Notes under the pieces: model-generated
The model's database searches: none
Told to the model about the DNA's origin: nothing
The model's input: the letters and a program-made list of their open reading frames with translations, nothing else
Source: Ignavibacteria bacterium
GTDB lineage: Bacteria > Bacteroidota > Ignavibacteria > Palsa-1295
Length of the DNA stretch: 64,000 nt
Reading direction: 5' to 3'
NCBI GenBank assembly: GCA_013287605.1
Contig: JABDDM010000001.1
Location: 24,833 to 88,832 of the forward strand
Translations under genes and position numbers: made by a program
Part shown: positions 1-9,060 of the stretch, piece after piece
Layout: each line of letters opens with the position of its first letter
How positions within the stretch are numbered: the stretch's first letter is position 1

Positions 1-263
1 GCGACGAGTAGAGTAATTAGTGAGAGAGCTAGAGCAAACGCCACTCTCTTCATTCGCGGGGGATATGTCATCGGACTATTCTTTCGAACCGAATGAAAAG
101 GAAAGATGAAGCTACTCAGGGCAGTCAAAAGGTTACGGAATTAATGAGGAGACGGGGGACACTAACGTTAGCTCCGGGCAAACTCCGTCAAGAGGCTGAT
201 TTAGAATACAACAAAGATACCTTGATCAGGATGCCAATGCAAGCCGAGTCGCCAAATTGAGCC

Positions 264-438
264 AAGTCCTTCTCCCACTTTGTGGGAGAAGGACTTAGGA
301 TGAGGGCGGTGGGGCAAAGATGAAGGATAATGGTAACGCCTGATTCAACTTGCTTTCATCCATCATCCTTCAGCCTTGCTAATTGCCCCACCGCCCTCAC
401 CCTAAATCCCTCTCCCACTGTCGTGGAGAGAGGGACTT
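264..438. repeat. MITE/REP-like nested palindromic element
   Basis: 265-278 agtccttctcccac pairs perfectly with 282-295 gtgggagaaggact (3-nt loop). 298-317 is the reverse complement of 383-402 with 1 mismatch. A second bulged hairpin lies at 407-418/423-435. Together these form ~50-nt imperfect inverted repeats around a 65-nt core. No credible ORF. Confidence 0.6.
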
Positions 439-614
439 TAAGGATTGTTTTTTTTAAACTCTCACACGCAAGTGCGATGTATGTGCGAAGGCCGAATAGA
501 ATCCGGCCAGGGTTCTGCTACTGGCCAAGGGATTCACCATGGCTTCCAACTGTTACCATCAATCAAATGCGAATCTGAATGTTGAATCAAATGACGATAC
601 TGGAGGAAAGAAAC

Positions 615-1466
615 ATGGCCACCAATAAAGTTTGGCTCATAACAGGCGCCGGGCGCGGCCTGGGCGTGGATATCGCCAAGGCAGCTTTGACCGCGGGCCA
701 TAAAGTCGTCGCTACTGGTCGCAATACTGACAAGGTAGCCAAGGCCCTTGGAAAATCAGCCGATCTGTTGGTCGTAAAACTGGACATTACGAAACTTGCC
801 GATGCGGAGTCTGCGGTTAAGGAGGCCTTTGACCGATTCGGCGGAATAGATGTGTTGGTCAATAACGCGGCAAACTTTTACGCAGACTTCTTTGAAGAAC
901 TATCGCCGGAGCAGATGGAGCGACAGTTGTCGACCAGTCTCGTCGGCCCGATGAACGCTACCCGCGCGGTTTTGCCGGTTATGCGCAAGCAGCGTTCAGG
1001 GCTGATAATCACGATCTCATCAACCGCGGGCCTCATCGGCTTTGAGTTCGGCAGTGCCTACGCCGCGTCGAAGTTCGGTCTGGAGGGCTGGATGCAATCG
1101 CTGCAGGCCGAGGTCGAGCCGTTTGGTATCAATACGATCACCGTAAATCCTGGCTTCTTCCGCACTGACCTTCTCACGGAAGAATCTACAAATTTCGCAG
1201 AGCGGACCATTGAAGACTATAACGAGCGCAGAGCGAAGCAAATGGAATTTTGGAAAGGCTACAACGGCCAGCAGTCCGGCGATCCCGCCAAGCTCGCCCA
1301 GGCGCTAATCACGATCTCCAGTCAAGAAAAGCCGCCACGGCGCTTCGTAGCAGGCGCGGATGCCGTTGGCACCGCTGAACAGGTGGCCGCAACGCTTCAG
1401 CAGCAGACCGATGCCTACCGTGCGCTGTCATCGTCGCTCGCATACAACGATGTCAAAGCCGCGTGA
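615..1466 (+). CDS. short-chain dehydrogenase/reductase (SDR) family oxidoreductase
   Basis: TGAGRGLG Rossmann motif near the N-terminus and YAASK (Y-x3-K) catalytic motif. ATG 615 is preceded by GGAGGA at 602-607. The ORF track starts at 579. Confidence 0.9.
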   Translation: MATNKVWLITGAGRGLGVDIAKAALTAGHKVVATGRNTDKVAKALGKSADLLVVKLDITKLADAESAVKEAFDRFGGIDVLVNNAANFYADFFEELSPEQMERQLSTSLVGPMNATRAVLPVMRKQRSGLIITISSTAGLIGFEFGSAYAASKFGLEGWMQSLQAEVEPFGINTITVNPGFFRTDLLTEESTNFAERTIEDYNERRAKQMEFWKGYNGQQSGDPAKLAQALITISSQEKPPRRFVAGADAVGTAEQVAATLQQQTDAYRALSSSLAYNDVKAA

Positions 1467-1663
1467 GTACACAAACACGACCGAAGTTATTTTGCGTCTT
1501 GCTGTCTACTAAATCGGGGGAAGTTCATCCGGCACAATTTGATGCTGCTGGAGTCCAAAGGACGACACTCAGGGTTGAGGTTCACAAAATATTCAAAGCT
1601 CCGTTAGCAGCGGCGTATGAATCCTGCCTTTCAAATGCCGCTACTAACCGAGATGGATCTACG

Positions 1664-2587
1664 TTACTTAATGTGGCTCAGCTTGACGGTTAGAACTTCG
1701 TTGTCCGAAGTACTCACTCGCGCATAATAATTACCAGGATCAAGTTTTGTCCCGTCAATCGCGATAGCGTGCCTTCCAGCTTCGATAACCCGTCCGATGC
1801 CATTTGTTTGAACCTCCCTACCCAGCATATCGTAAAGCGCTACTCGAATGAGGGTAGTCGAGGACGTATGCACAAGTATCGCTGTGTTCGCAGTGAATGG
1901 GTTTCGGTCTGCGGTCGCGTCCAGCAATACGTGCGGATGAAGACCTATAACGGGTGAATTGACCTTTGCCTTTCCTCGCAAGATACCCAACCCCAGATCA
2001 TCTAGAGAAGGGAGAGTAGTGTCGACTTTATAGATATTCGTATCTACAGTGACACTGTCAGCCCAAACGTGATATTGATCCGCGCGCGACGGACCCCAGC
2101 TCTTCATAAGTTGTTGCGTCAAATCAGGACATCGATTTGATCCAATCAAGTACTTCGAAACAGCGAGTAGTCCATTCACGTCATACCCACGGCCGGCAAA
2201 ATACTGGAAAGTTGACAGAATCGCAGAAACATCCGAACAATAGTAGTAATCACTCTCGCTTAGGTACAAGACTGATTTTAACCATTCTCTATAGCTGTCC
2301 CATCGCGACTTATCCTCGCCCTTTGCCTGAACAGATCCGGTAATCTCCGGAAACACCCTCCATGTATCAGGATCATGGCTGATGTCCGTGCAGTGAGAAA
2401 CAAAAAGTCTAAGTGTGTCATACGCCTTATCGTAGCCTCCCCCTTGCATAAGACTATGGCCTGATCTGTAAAGCTCGGTGCAATAGCTATTGCTGTCAAC
2501 ATTTAAGGTAGGATGCGTTTTTGTCTGTGCTTGGGATTTCGCAACCAACATATTGAACAGGAGGAAAATAGTGAGGAAGCGCTTCAT
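1664..2587 (-). CDS. secreted hypothetical protein with T9SS C-terminal sorting domain
   Basis: Signal peptide MKRFLTIFLLFNMLVAKSQAQ. The C-terminal ~80 aa (NPF..LYDMLGREV..GNYYARV) match the Por/T9SS CTD pattern. Confidence 0.8.
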   Translation of the reverse strand: MKRFLTIFLLFNMLVAKSQAQTKTHPTLNVDSNSYCTELYRSGHSLMQGGGYDKAYDTLRLFVSHCTDISHDPDTWRVFPEITGSVQAKGEDKSRWDSYREWLKSVLYLSESDYYYCSDVSAILSTFQYFAGRGYDVNGLLAVSKYLIGSNRCPDLTQQLMKSWGPSRADQYHVWADSVTVDTNIYKVDTTLPSLDDLGLGILRGKAKVNSPVIGLHPHVLLDATADRNPFTANTAILVHTSSTTLIRVALYDMLGREVQTNGIGRVIEAGRHAIAIDGTKLDPGNYYARVSTSDNEVLTVKLSHIK

Positions 2588-2727
2588 ATGGGTTGAGTAA
2601 GGATCGCTATGTCACAACTGGGGTCAGAGGCTCTGGTCTTCAACCAACATGCAACACGGAGAAGAGTTACAACGACATAGAGGCAATCGATCATATGAGG
2701 CAGCGCTGAGCTCGAGCTTCAGTTGCA

Positions 2728-3288
2728 TCAGAACAAATAGTCACCGCCGAACTTCAGTCCTCGCTGGATCGTGTAGGCACAGCCTACGATGGCGTGATCT
2801 CCAATAGTCAGGCGGAGGTCCGGCCCAACGTTGAACCACGAATAAGACATCTCCCTACCGATCGGAACAGCTTCGCCATAATATCGCATCACACTCTGAG
2901 TGCTCTTCAGGAAGACGACTCCAACAGCTAGCCCTTTCCACACTCGCACCCCTATATGGACACCATAGTAGTTCTCCATCGAGGTCGCTGAATCCGGAGG
3001 CAGAAAATTGCCAAGTGGTGTCGGTGCGTCACGCGTGGAGATTGAATTGACCAGACTACAAACGCCATACTCTAATCCTACATAAACGAAAGAATACTTA
3101 ACTCCTGCCTCTACGCCGAAGCCGATACTGTGCGTGTTTCCGGCGTAATCACTTGGGAGGATGTTGAGTCCAGCACCGAAATAAGGTTGCACAATTTCTT
3201 CTTGAGCTTGAGCTGTTGTCGCAATTCCGATGGTCCCGAGAAGAAAGCAAATTGGCAGCAAAAACCTGGGAGGTAAAGAACGCATCAT
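2728..3288 (-). CDS. small outer-membrane beta-barrel protein (hypothetical)
   Basis: Signal peptide ending AQAQ after the internal MM start at 3288. Alternating Gly/aromatic beta-strand pattern and a C-terminal ..GGDYLF aromatic terminus. Confidence 0.65.
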   Translation of the reverse strand: MMRSLPPRFLLPICFLLGTIGIATTAQAQEEIVQPYFGAGLNILPSDYAGNTHSIGFGVEAGVKYSFVYVGLEYGVCSLVNSISTRDAPTPLGNFLPPDSATSMENYYGVHIGVRVWKGLAVGVVFLKSTQSVMRYYGEAVPIGREMSYSWFNVGPDLRLTIGDHAIVGCAYTIQRGLKFGGDYLF

Positions 3289-3709
3289 AGAGTGAATCGT
3301 AAACTGAGTGTGGAGGAGGATCAACATGGCATGGACACGCTACGTTTATCAAAGTTGCGAATGGCCGATTTTCAAGAATTTCGTCCAACTTGAGGAACCA
3401 AGACGCGGCTATTTTATGTTTATTATGCTGTAGGCCAGAATCTCGTGCAGCCACTCAATCCCGTCTGAATCTTTCTTTTTGAAACGCAGAAACCACGGCC
3501 ATCCGATCGGTGAAAGAAATCAGTGTAATCCCATTCAATCCTCGTAATCAGGTTCAGGTAGTTTTCTTTAAGAAGGAAAATTATGAACAAAGTTTTCACA
3601 CACACCAAGCCAGTCCAGCGGAATTGCCGATTCTGGCTCAAAATCGTGGGTGAACCTCGCCGAATGTCGCTTGAAAGTTTTCACACACTTCTCGGTTCAG
3701 TCTCCTAAG

Positions 3710-4093
3710 ATGCATTCAAATCCTGAATCCTATCAGCCCGGCGTTTGCAATATTGATGATCGCGGCGCAAGCGTACGCAGGATTTTGGGTTGGGCTTCTG
3801 CGGTGGCCGGGGTCGTGGTTCTTGGATGGATGTGGTCCTCGCATGTCTTGCCGTCTTACCGCTATCTAGTCGCTGTTATCTTCTCAGGTGCTTCGATCAT
3901 TAACTTTCGCCAGGCGAAATTTCGCTTTTGCGTTGTCAACGGGAGTAAAGGCTGGTACGAAATTCTGGGAAAGAAGTTCGAGATCGTGGGTGAGGAGAAT
4001 CGGAGGATAGACCGCAAGCGCGCGAATCGTGAATTTATTTTTGCGTCACTCATGGCTCTGGTCGTTGGAACTGTCGCACTCATTCCGGTTTGA
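3710..4093 (+). CDS. hypothetical membrane protein
   Basis: ORF with several predicted TM segments. The first ATG is at 3710 (the track ORF starts at an alternative codon at 3650). Its stop abuts the SUI1 gene. Confidence 0.5.
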   Translation: MHSNPESYQPGVCNIDDRGASVRRILGWASAVAGVVVLGWMWSSHVLPSYRYLVAVIFSGASIINFRQAKFRFCVVNGSKGWYEILGKKFEIVGEENRRIDRKRANREFIFASLMALVVGTVALIPV

Positions 4094-4101
4094 CAACGTC
4101 A

Positions 4102-4449
4102 ATGGAAAGAATATCGGATTTTAGCGCGCTAGGCTCATTGCTCTCTGAAGACGAGCGCCAGCAGCTTTCAATCGAAGAGAAGCAGAACGCGAAGAAGAGG
4201 AAGATCGGTGAGGGTCAACAGGTTACGATTACGCTCGACAAGAGTGGGCGAAGGGGTAAGATCGTGACTGTGATTTCGGGGTTCGTGCGAGGGCCCTTAC
4301 GTCTTGACGATCTTGCAACGCAGTTGCGAAAAGAGTGCGGCACGGGTGGTACGGTTCGGGAGAACACGATCGAATTGCAGGGCGATCATGTCAGGCGATT
4401 GCGAAGCTCGCTCGAGAAATTGGGCTTCGAGGTATCTGGTAAAGCCTAG
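4102..4449 (+). CDS. yciH: translation initiation factor SUI1/eIF1-like protein (YciH family)
   Basis: GRRGKIVTVISGF ... LRKECGTGGTV ... IELQGDH matches the SUI1/YciH core. ATG at 4102. Confidence 0.85.
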   Translation: MERISDFSALGSLLSEDERQQLSIEEKQNAKKRKIGEGQQVTITLDKSGRRGKIVTVISGFVRGPLRLDDLATQLRKECGTGGTVRENTIELQGDHVRRLRSSLEKLGFEVSGKA

Positions 4450-4556
4450 CTTTTCTTCTTCCGCCACTTGTTCCAGGGCGCACCCGGTACGTCCTTGAAA
4501 CAGATATAGACGATCCCCGCGGCGCCTGTCATCATCATCAAAAAAAAGATCGGCAT
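4446..4556 (-). CDS. candidate unannotated 36-aa membrane peptide
   Basis: Hand translation gives MPIFFLMMMTGAAGIVYICFKDVPGAPWNKWRKKKS: one hydrophobic helix plus a basic tail. It is below the 60-aa ORF-track cutoff. A TATGTTTG box lies ~57 nt upstream on the same strand. Confidence 0.3.
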   Translation of the reverse strand: MPIFFLMMMTGAAGIVYICFKDVPGAPWNKWRKKKS

Positions 4557-4612
4557 CTTGTTGGCTTATTTCGTTGGCGTTTGGTCTTTCAGATTGAGCT
4601 TCTAAGCACCTG

Positions 4613-4620
4613 CAAACATA
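4613..4620 (-). promoter_or_regulatory. candidate Bacteroidetes-type -7 promoter box (TAnnTTTG)
   Basis: The minus strand reads TATGTTTG in the divergent intergenic region upstream of the 36-aa ORF. No clear -33 TTG was found. About 2 chance hits are expected across all intergenic DNA in this window. Confidence 0.25.
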
Positions 4621-4669
4621 ACCTATTTCCGTGCTGTTGGGCTTCCTTTAACCCGAGACCGCGCCAGAC

Positions 4670-5422
4670 ATGTTCCGAAATCTTCCACCGATCACCAGGT
4701 CGCTTATCGCAGCTCTCGCGGTTACGCTGATCCTTTCGCTCGTGACGCAGGGCGCGACATCAGGGTTGTTCGCTCTGTACGGAGATTACGTGCTCAATCG
4801 TTTCCAGCTCTGGCGACTCGTCACGTATCCGTTTGCCTCGCATAGTTTCTTCCCCGTCATAGCTGCTTGCGCGTTGATTTATTATTTCGGAACGGAGCTC
4901 GAGACGATCGTGCATGCGCGCACACTTGGAGTGTTCGTGGCGATCGCGGTTGTGAGTGGCGGAGTGGTCCTGATCCTTCTCGACCCCAAGGGCATTATTG
5001 TCGCGCCCGGGTTTCTGTCACTCTTTTTCCTGAGCGGCTTTACCTATCTATGGCCCAAACGCGAGATCTCTATTTTCGGAATATTCTGGGTGCGCGCGTG
5101 GGTGATCGCCGTCATTCTATTTTTCGTCTCGATCGTTCCGATGGAGTCGCATCACATGGACCTAAGCGCGGCGAATCTTTTCCCGCCCTTCTATGCGGCG
5201 ATCTCGGCACTCTTTCTTTTTCACATCAAGTACCGACAGTATGCGTTGGCACGCGGGTTGCTGAGTTCGTTTGACAGGATGCGGCCAAATCGCGTAGCAA
5301 CAACAGCCCCTCGTTCAGTTGAAACCGAGATCGATATGATCCTCGACAAGATCAGCACAAAAGGAATGGAGAGCCTCTCAAAACAGGAGCGGGAATTCCT
5401 GATGAAGCATACGGGGAAGTAG
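4670..5422 (+). CDS. rhomboid-like multi-pass membrane protein, possibly catalytically degenerate
   Basis: Rhomboid L1/TM2-like QLWRLVTYPF motif and ~6 TM helices. The C-terminal soluble tail IDMILDKISTKGMESLSKQEREFL is typical of FCB rhomboid homologs. It has VSGG rather than a canonical GxSG, and no clear His partner. Confidence 0.6.
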   Translation: MFRNLPPITRSLIAALAVTLILSLVTQGATSGLFALYGDYVLNRFQLWRLVTYPFASHSFFPVIAACALIYYFGTELETIVHARTLGVFVAIAVVSGGVVLILLDPKGIIVAPGFLSLFFLSGFTYLWPKREISIFGIFWVRAWVIAVILFFVSIVPMESHHMDLSAANLFPPFYAAISALFLFHIKYRQYALARGLLSSFDRMRPNRVATTAPRSVETEIDMILDKISTKGMESLSKQEREFLMKHTGK

Positions 5423-5423
5423 T

Positions 5424-5651
5424 TTATGGATTGACGATGCGCCTCAAGAGTAAGTAAAGAAAAGCCGCGCCAATACCTACAAAAAGCATTGTAACGATTC
5501 GGAAGACCCACATCCACATGATGATCTTGCTCGCATCGGGTCCGATCTCCGCAGCCTGGTCCTGCAGATAGATGCTCTCAAAATATGTGAAGAGCGCACC
5601 ACAAAATAGGAGGATGATCGCTGCGATGAGTGGGATGTATTGCTTGAGCAT
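5424..5651 (-). CDS. hypothetical small membrane protein (2 TM)
   Basis: 75-aa ORF with two hydrophobic helices. It is co-directional with the downstream T9SS cargo gene. Confidence 0.45.
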   Translation of the reverse strand: MLKQYIPLIAAIILLFCGALFTYFESIYLQDQAAEIGPDASKIIMWMWVFRIVTMLFVGIGAAFLYLLLRRIVNP

Positions 5652-5705
5652 GCGACGTGAACAGCATCGCGCCCGTGTTCCTTCCCAGCCAATCGAAACT
5701 CAATA

Positions 5706-6518
5706 CTAGCGCAGCGCCGACATCTTTAGCATCGGTCCGGAGAACGCGCCATTGAGCATTAGACGTGCGTAGTAAACGCCGGGTGCCGAAGCACGGAAGC
5801 TGATCGTATGATCGCCTGCACCGACCGAGCCGAGCGAAGTTCTCGAGACCTCTCGTCCGATGGCATCCGAAACAATAACGAGCGCAGTGCCCGGACGATC
5901 GAGATGGACGTTGATGTTCGTTGGCGAAGCTGCCATGAAAGGATTAGGATAATTCGCAAGCGTAGCTACTTGCGGCTGGATATACTGGCCAACTCCAAGA
6001 TTTGTAAAGTTCTGAAAGAGAGTAATTGCATCGAGATGGAAACCATGGGAGCCCTTCTTGGTACCGGCTCCTGTGAGAGTGAATTCCGCATACGTGTATT
6101 CGGTGTCAGGCACGATAACTACCGAGATGCCAGGCCTGATTATCGTCTCACCCGAATTGGCCCCTTGCGCGCCCCCTGGAAGAATATCGTAGAATCGAAG
6201 CGATAATGCTGAAGAATCGACGTTCGGGTCCTTCGCACCATAAATGATCAATCGCGCTTTTGGAAGGATGGGCAACCAACGATGCTTTGATGTATCACGA
6301 CTGAACCCCATATCGAGGAAGCTGCTGCTTGTTGAATCGAATTGCATATAGATCCCATCGGGCGGACCTTCTGCGCGCTGGCGTGTAGGTTCGCCGCTGC
6401 CGCCATAGACCAGGCCATTCGCACTATCATTCGTCACCCACTGCGCTGATGCGCGGCTGGAAATTGTAATCGCTGCAGCGAGCAGCAGAGTAAGCAATAT
6501 CGAACGTTTCATGATCAT
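5706..6518 (-). CDS. secreted hypothetical protein with T9SS C-terminal sorting domain
   Basis: Signal peptide ..SSRASAQ and a C-terminal NYPNPF...VSDAIGREV...GVYYARL CTD pattern. Confidence 0.8.
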   Translation of the reverse strand: MIMKRSILLTLLLAAAITISSRASAQWVTNDSANGLVYGGSGEPTRQRAEGPPDGIYMQFDSTSSSFLDMGFSRDTSKHRWLPILPKARLIIYGAKDPNVDSSALSLRFYDILPGGAQGANSGETIIRPGISVVIVPDTEYTYAEFTLTGAGTKKGSHGFHLDAITLFQNFTNLGVGQYIQPQVATLANYPNPFMAASPTNINVHLDRPGTALVIVSDAIGREVSRTSLGSVGAGDHTISFRASAPGVYYARLMLNGAFSGPMLKMSALR

Positions 6519-6590
6519 ATAAAAATGTGCGTGCAGTCGGGACGCTGATCAGCGCAAGACACCAATGCGGGAAACAACAAGCTCCGGCTC

Positions 6591-7097
6591 TTACAGTGAT
6601 TGAACAATTGCCGGAAAACGATCGTGCAATTCACGCCACTGTTTCGGAATGTCCTCGCTTACGAGTTTAACATCCGTAAGAACGGGCATAAAGTTCGTAT
6701 CACCATTCCACCGAGGGACAATGTGCCAGTGCAAATGATCATCAATCCCTGTACCTGCACTTCTGCCAAGGTTCATCCCAATATTGAATCCATGCGGACC
6801 GACCATAGCTATCAACGCTTTTTGCGAAGCAACCAAAAGTTTCTGCGACTCTCGAGACTCCCCTTCCGTCAAATTCATGAACTCGTTGGTGTGACGTTTG
6901 GGAAGAATAAGCAAGTGGCCGCTATTGTAGGGAAAGCGATTCATGATCACAAAAGCGTCCTTGCCGCGATAGACGAGAAGCGTTTCATCGTCGTCCGTTC
7001 GCGCAAGAGCTTCGCAAAAGACGCACTCCTTTTCTGCAGGCTCATCCTTGAATCCCGCGATATACTTACTGCGCCATGGAGCAAAGAGTGTATCCAT
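6591..7097 (-). CDS. HIT family hydrolase/phosphorylase (Ap4A phosphorylase-like)
   Basis: Histidine-triad motif HLHWHIVPRW followed by GDTNFMPV. 168 aa. Confidence 0.9.
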   Translation of the reverse strand: MDTLFAPWRSKYIAGFKDEPAEKECVFCEALARTDDDETLLVYRGKDAFVIMNRFPYNSGHLLILPKRHTNEFMNLTEGESRESQKLLVASQKALIAMVGPHGFNIGMNLGRSAGTGIDDHLHWHIVPRWNGDTNFMPVLTDVKLVSEDIPKQWRELHDRFPAIVQSL

Positions 7098-7103
7098 TGT
7101 GCT

Positions 7104-8093
7104 TTATGCAGAGGCCGCTGTTGCGGGCTTATTCTCAGCTCGACGCTTTGCTCGGCGTTTCATCGATTCGGTGCCGAAGAGTCCCTGCGGACGCATGATC
7201 ATGAGAATAATGAGCAGGAGAGAATAGACGATCATGCGATACTGATCGATCTCGCGGAGTGCCTCGGGAAGAATCGTCAAAACGATCGCGGCGATGATCA
7301 CTCCTGGTGTGGAGCCCATGCCACCGAGTATGACCATGACGACGATCTCGATCGACTTCAGGAAGGTAAAGCTGTCTGGATTGATGTACTGAATAAAATG
7401 TCCGAACAATCCACCGCCGATGCCCGCGAAGAATGCGCCAATGACAAACGCTCGTACCTTGAACTTCGTCGTGTTGACACCCATTGCTTCTGCTGCAACC
7501 TCGTCATCGCGAACTGCAAGGAAGCCCCGGCCATAGGTTGAGTTGATCAGGTTTTCGATGACCCAAACAACGACGACAACAATACTGAACGTCCACGCAA
7601 AGGTTGTAAGCTTTGGTACTGTGAATCCGCGCGCGCCACCAACATAATCGACTCCATCAATTTTGAAATCGACGTTCTGGATGATGACACGAATGATCTC
7701 ATTGAATCCGAGCGTAACGATCGCTAGGTAATCACCTTTCAATCTTAGACTTGGGTAGCCAACTGCGAGGCCGGCAAGAGCTGCAACGAAACCTGCGACG
7801 ATGAGCGACACCATTAGCACCACCGAGCCCATCGCACCATCGGCGCCGAAGCCGTGCGTTGTTAGATAGGTCGAGATGATCGCAGCCGAATAAGCTCCGA
7901 TGCCCATGAACCCCGCATGCCCAAGCGAGAACTGACCGGTGAAGCCATTGATCAAATTCAGGCTCGTCGCCAGAATAATATTGAACCCGATATACATCAG
8001 GATCTGGAGGTAGTAGTGATTCAGAGATCCTACTCCTTGCGAGACCACAAGGACGATGGCGAGAGCGATCAGAAGTACGTAATTGGAGCGCAC
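7104..8093 (-). CDS. livM: branched-chain amino acid ABC transporter permease (LivM-like)
   Basis: Polytopic permease with the GQFSLGHAGFMGIGAY motif typical of LivM, immediately downstream of LivH. Confidence 0.9.
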   Translation of the reverse strand: MRSNYVLLIALAIVLVVSQGVGSLNHYYLQILMYIGFNIILATSLNLINGFTGQFSLGHAGFMGIGAYSAAIISTYLTTHGFGADGAMGSVVLMVSLIVAGFVAALAGLAVGYPSLRLKGDYLAIVTLGFNEIIRVIIQNVDFKIDGVDYVGGARGFTVPKLTTFAWTFSIVVVVVWVIENLINSTYGRGFLAVRDDEVAAEAMGVNTTKFKVRAFVIGAFFAGIGGGLFGHFIQYINPDSFTFLKSIEIVVMVILGGMGSTPGVIIAAIVLTILPEALREIDQYRMIVYSLLLIILMIMRPQGLFGTESMKRRAKRRAENKPATAASA

Positions 8094-8106
8094 TAAAATT
8101 GATCAG

Positions 8107-9018
8107 TTAAACTTTTTCGATCTCTTTCTGGCCCAGCAACCCACTCGGCTTGAAGATCAGGATAAGGATCAGAATGGCGAAGACGATCGCATCTCGATAG
8201 GTCGACAGGAATGTCCCTGCGACGAACGTCTCAACGATGCCGATGATAAATCCTCCAAGCGCCGCACCAGGAATATTGCCGATGCCGCCAAGTACCGCTG
8301 CCACGAATGCTTTCAGCCCAGGCATGATGCCCATCAACGGATCGATGCTCGGATATTGTGAAGCATAGAGAATGCCACCAGCCGCCGCAAGCGCGCTGCC
8401 GACTGCGAACGTGAACGTGATGATCATGGAGATATTGATCCCCATCAAGCTTGCCGCCTGCTGATTGAAGCTTACCGCCCGCATCGCTGTACCGATCTTT
8501 GTACGCATGACAACGATGCGCAAGACAAACATGAGCATCAAGGAAACTCCAATCACAACAACCTGCACGACATTGAGCGTAAGCAGTGTGGATTGAATGA
8601 TGGGTTTGGAAGAGATGATCGCAGGGAAGCCTCTTGGATCGGGACCGAACACCGCTGGTAGCTGTCCCAGGTATTCAAGAAAAAGTGAAACGCCGATTGC
8701 CGTGATGAGTACCGTCAACTTCGGACGAGAACGCAGCGGACGATATGCAAGGAATTCAATCGTCGCACCAAGCACTGCGCAGATCGTCATGGAGATGAGA
8801 AATACCAGAATGGCTGCGGGTACAGTACCGATCGGGGCAATCTTCGAGACCCACGTCGATGCATAATAGCCCATGAAGGCGCCGACCATGAAGACGTCGC
8901 CGTGGGCAAAGTTGATGAACCGGAGGACGCCGTAGATCATCGTATACCCGAGTGCAATCAAGGCGTAGATCGCACCAAGAGAAATGCCGTTGACAAGTTG
9001 TTGCAGGATCTGACTCAT
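8107..9018 (-). CDS. livH: branched-chain amino acid ABC transporter permease (LivH-like)
   Basis: N-terminus MSQILQQLVNGISLGAIYALIALGYTMIYG and INFAHGD are typical of LivH. Confidence 0.9.
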   Translation of the reverse strand: MSQILQQLVNGISLGAIYALIALGYTMIYGVLRFINFAHGDVFMVGAFMGYYASTWVSKIAPIGTVPAAILVFLISMTICAVLGATIEFLAYRPLRSRPKLTVLITAIGVSLFLEYLGQLPAVFGPDPRGFPAIISSKPIIQSTLLTLNVVQVVVIGVSLMLMFVLRIVVMRTKIGTAMRAVSFNQQAASLMGINISMIITFTFAVGSALAAAGGILYASQYPSIDPLMGIMPGLKAFVAAVLGGIGNIPGAALGGFIIGIVETFVAGTFLSTYRDAIVFAILILILIFKPSGLLGQKEIEKV

Positions 9019-9060
9019 GGATCAGCCCTCATCATTTGAGCGAGATCTTACGCTCGAAGA

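Noticed and set aside
1-263. Left-edge 263 nt examined for a truncated ncRNA (tmRNA, RNase P, SRP, riboswitch) or gene end
   Set aside because: I could not recognise any conserved core motif of those RNAs, and no ORF of 60 aa or more is present on either strand. It is left unannotated.
330-578. 82-aa ORF on the + strand upstream of the SDR gene
   Set aside because: It lies entirely over the palindromic repeat and the T-run. Its peptide (..LTLNPSPTVVERGTL..) is the translation of hairpin arms. It has no start context or coding pattern.
1463-1693. 76-aa GTG-initiated ORF between the SDR gene and the first T9SS cargo gene
   Set aside because: It overlaps both neighbours, has no signal or motif, and its composition looks non-coding. 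I could not support it.
6600-7541. 313-aa ORF antisense to the HIT and livM genes
   Set aside because: It is a shadow ORF on the opposite strand of two genes with clear family motifs. Its sequence is Arg/Cys-rich and low-complexity with no motifs.
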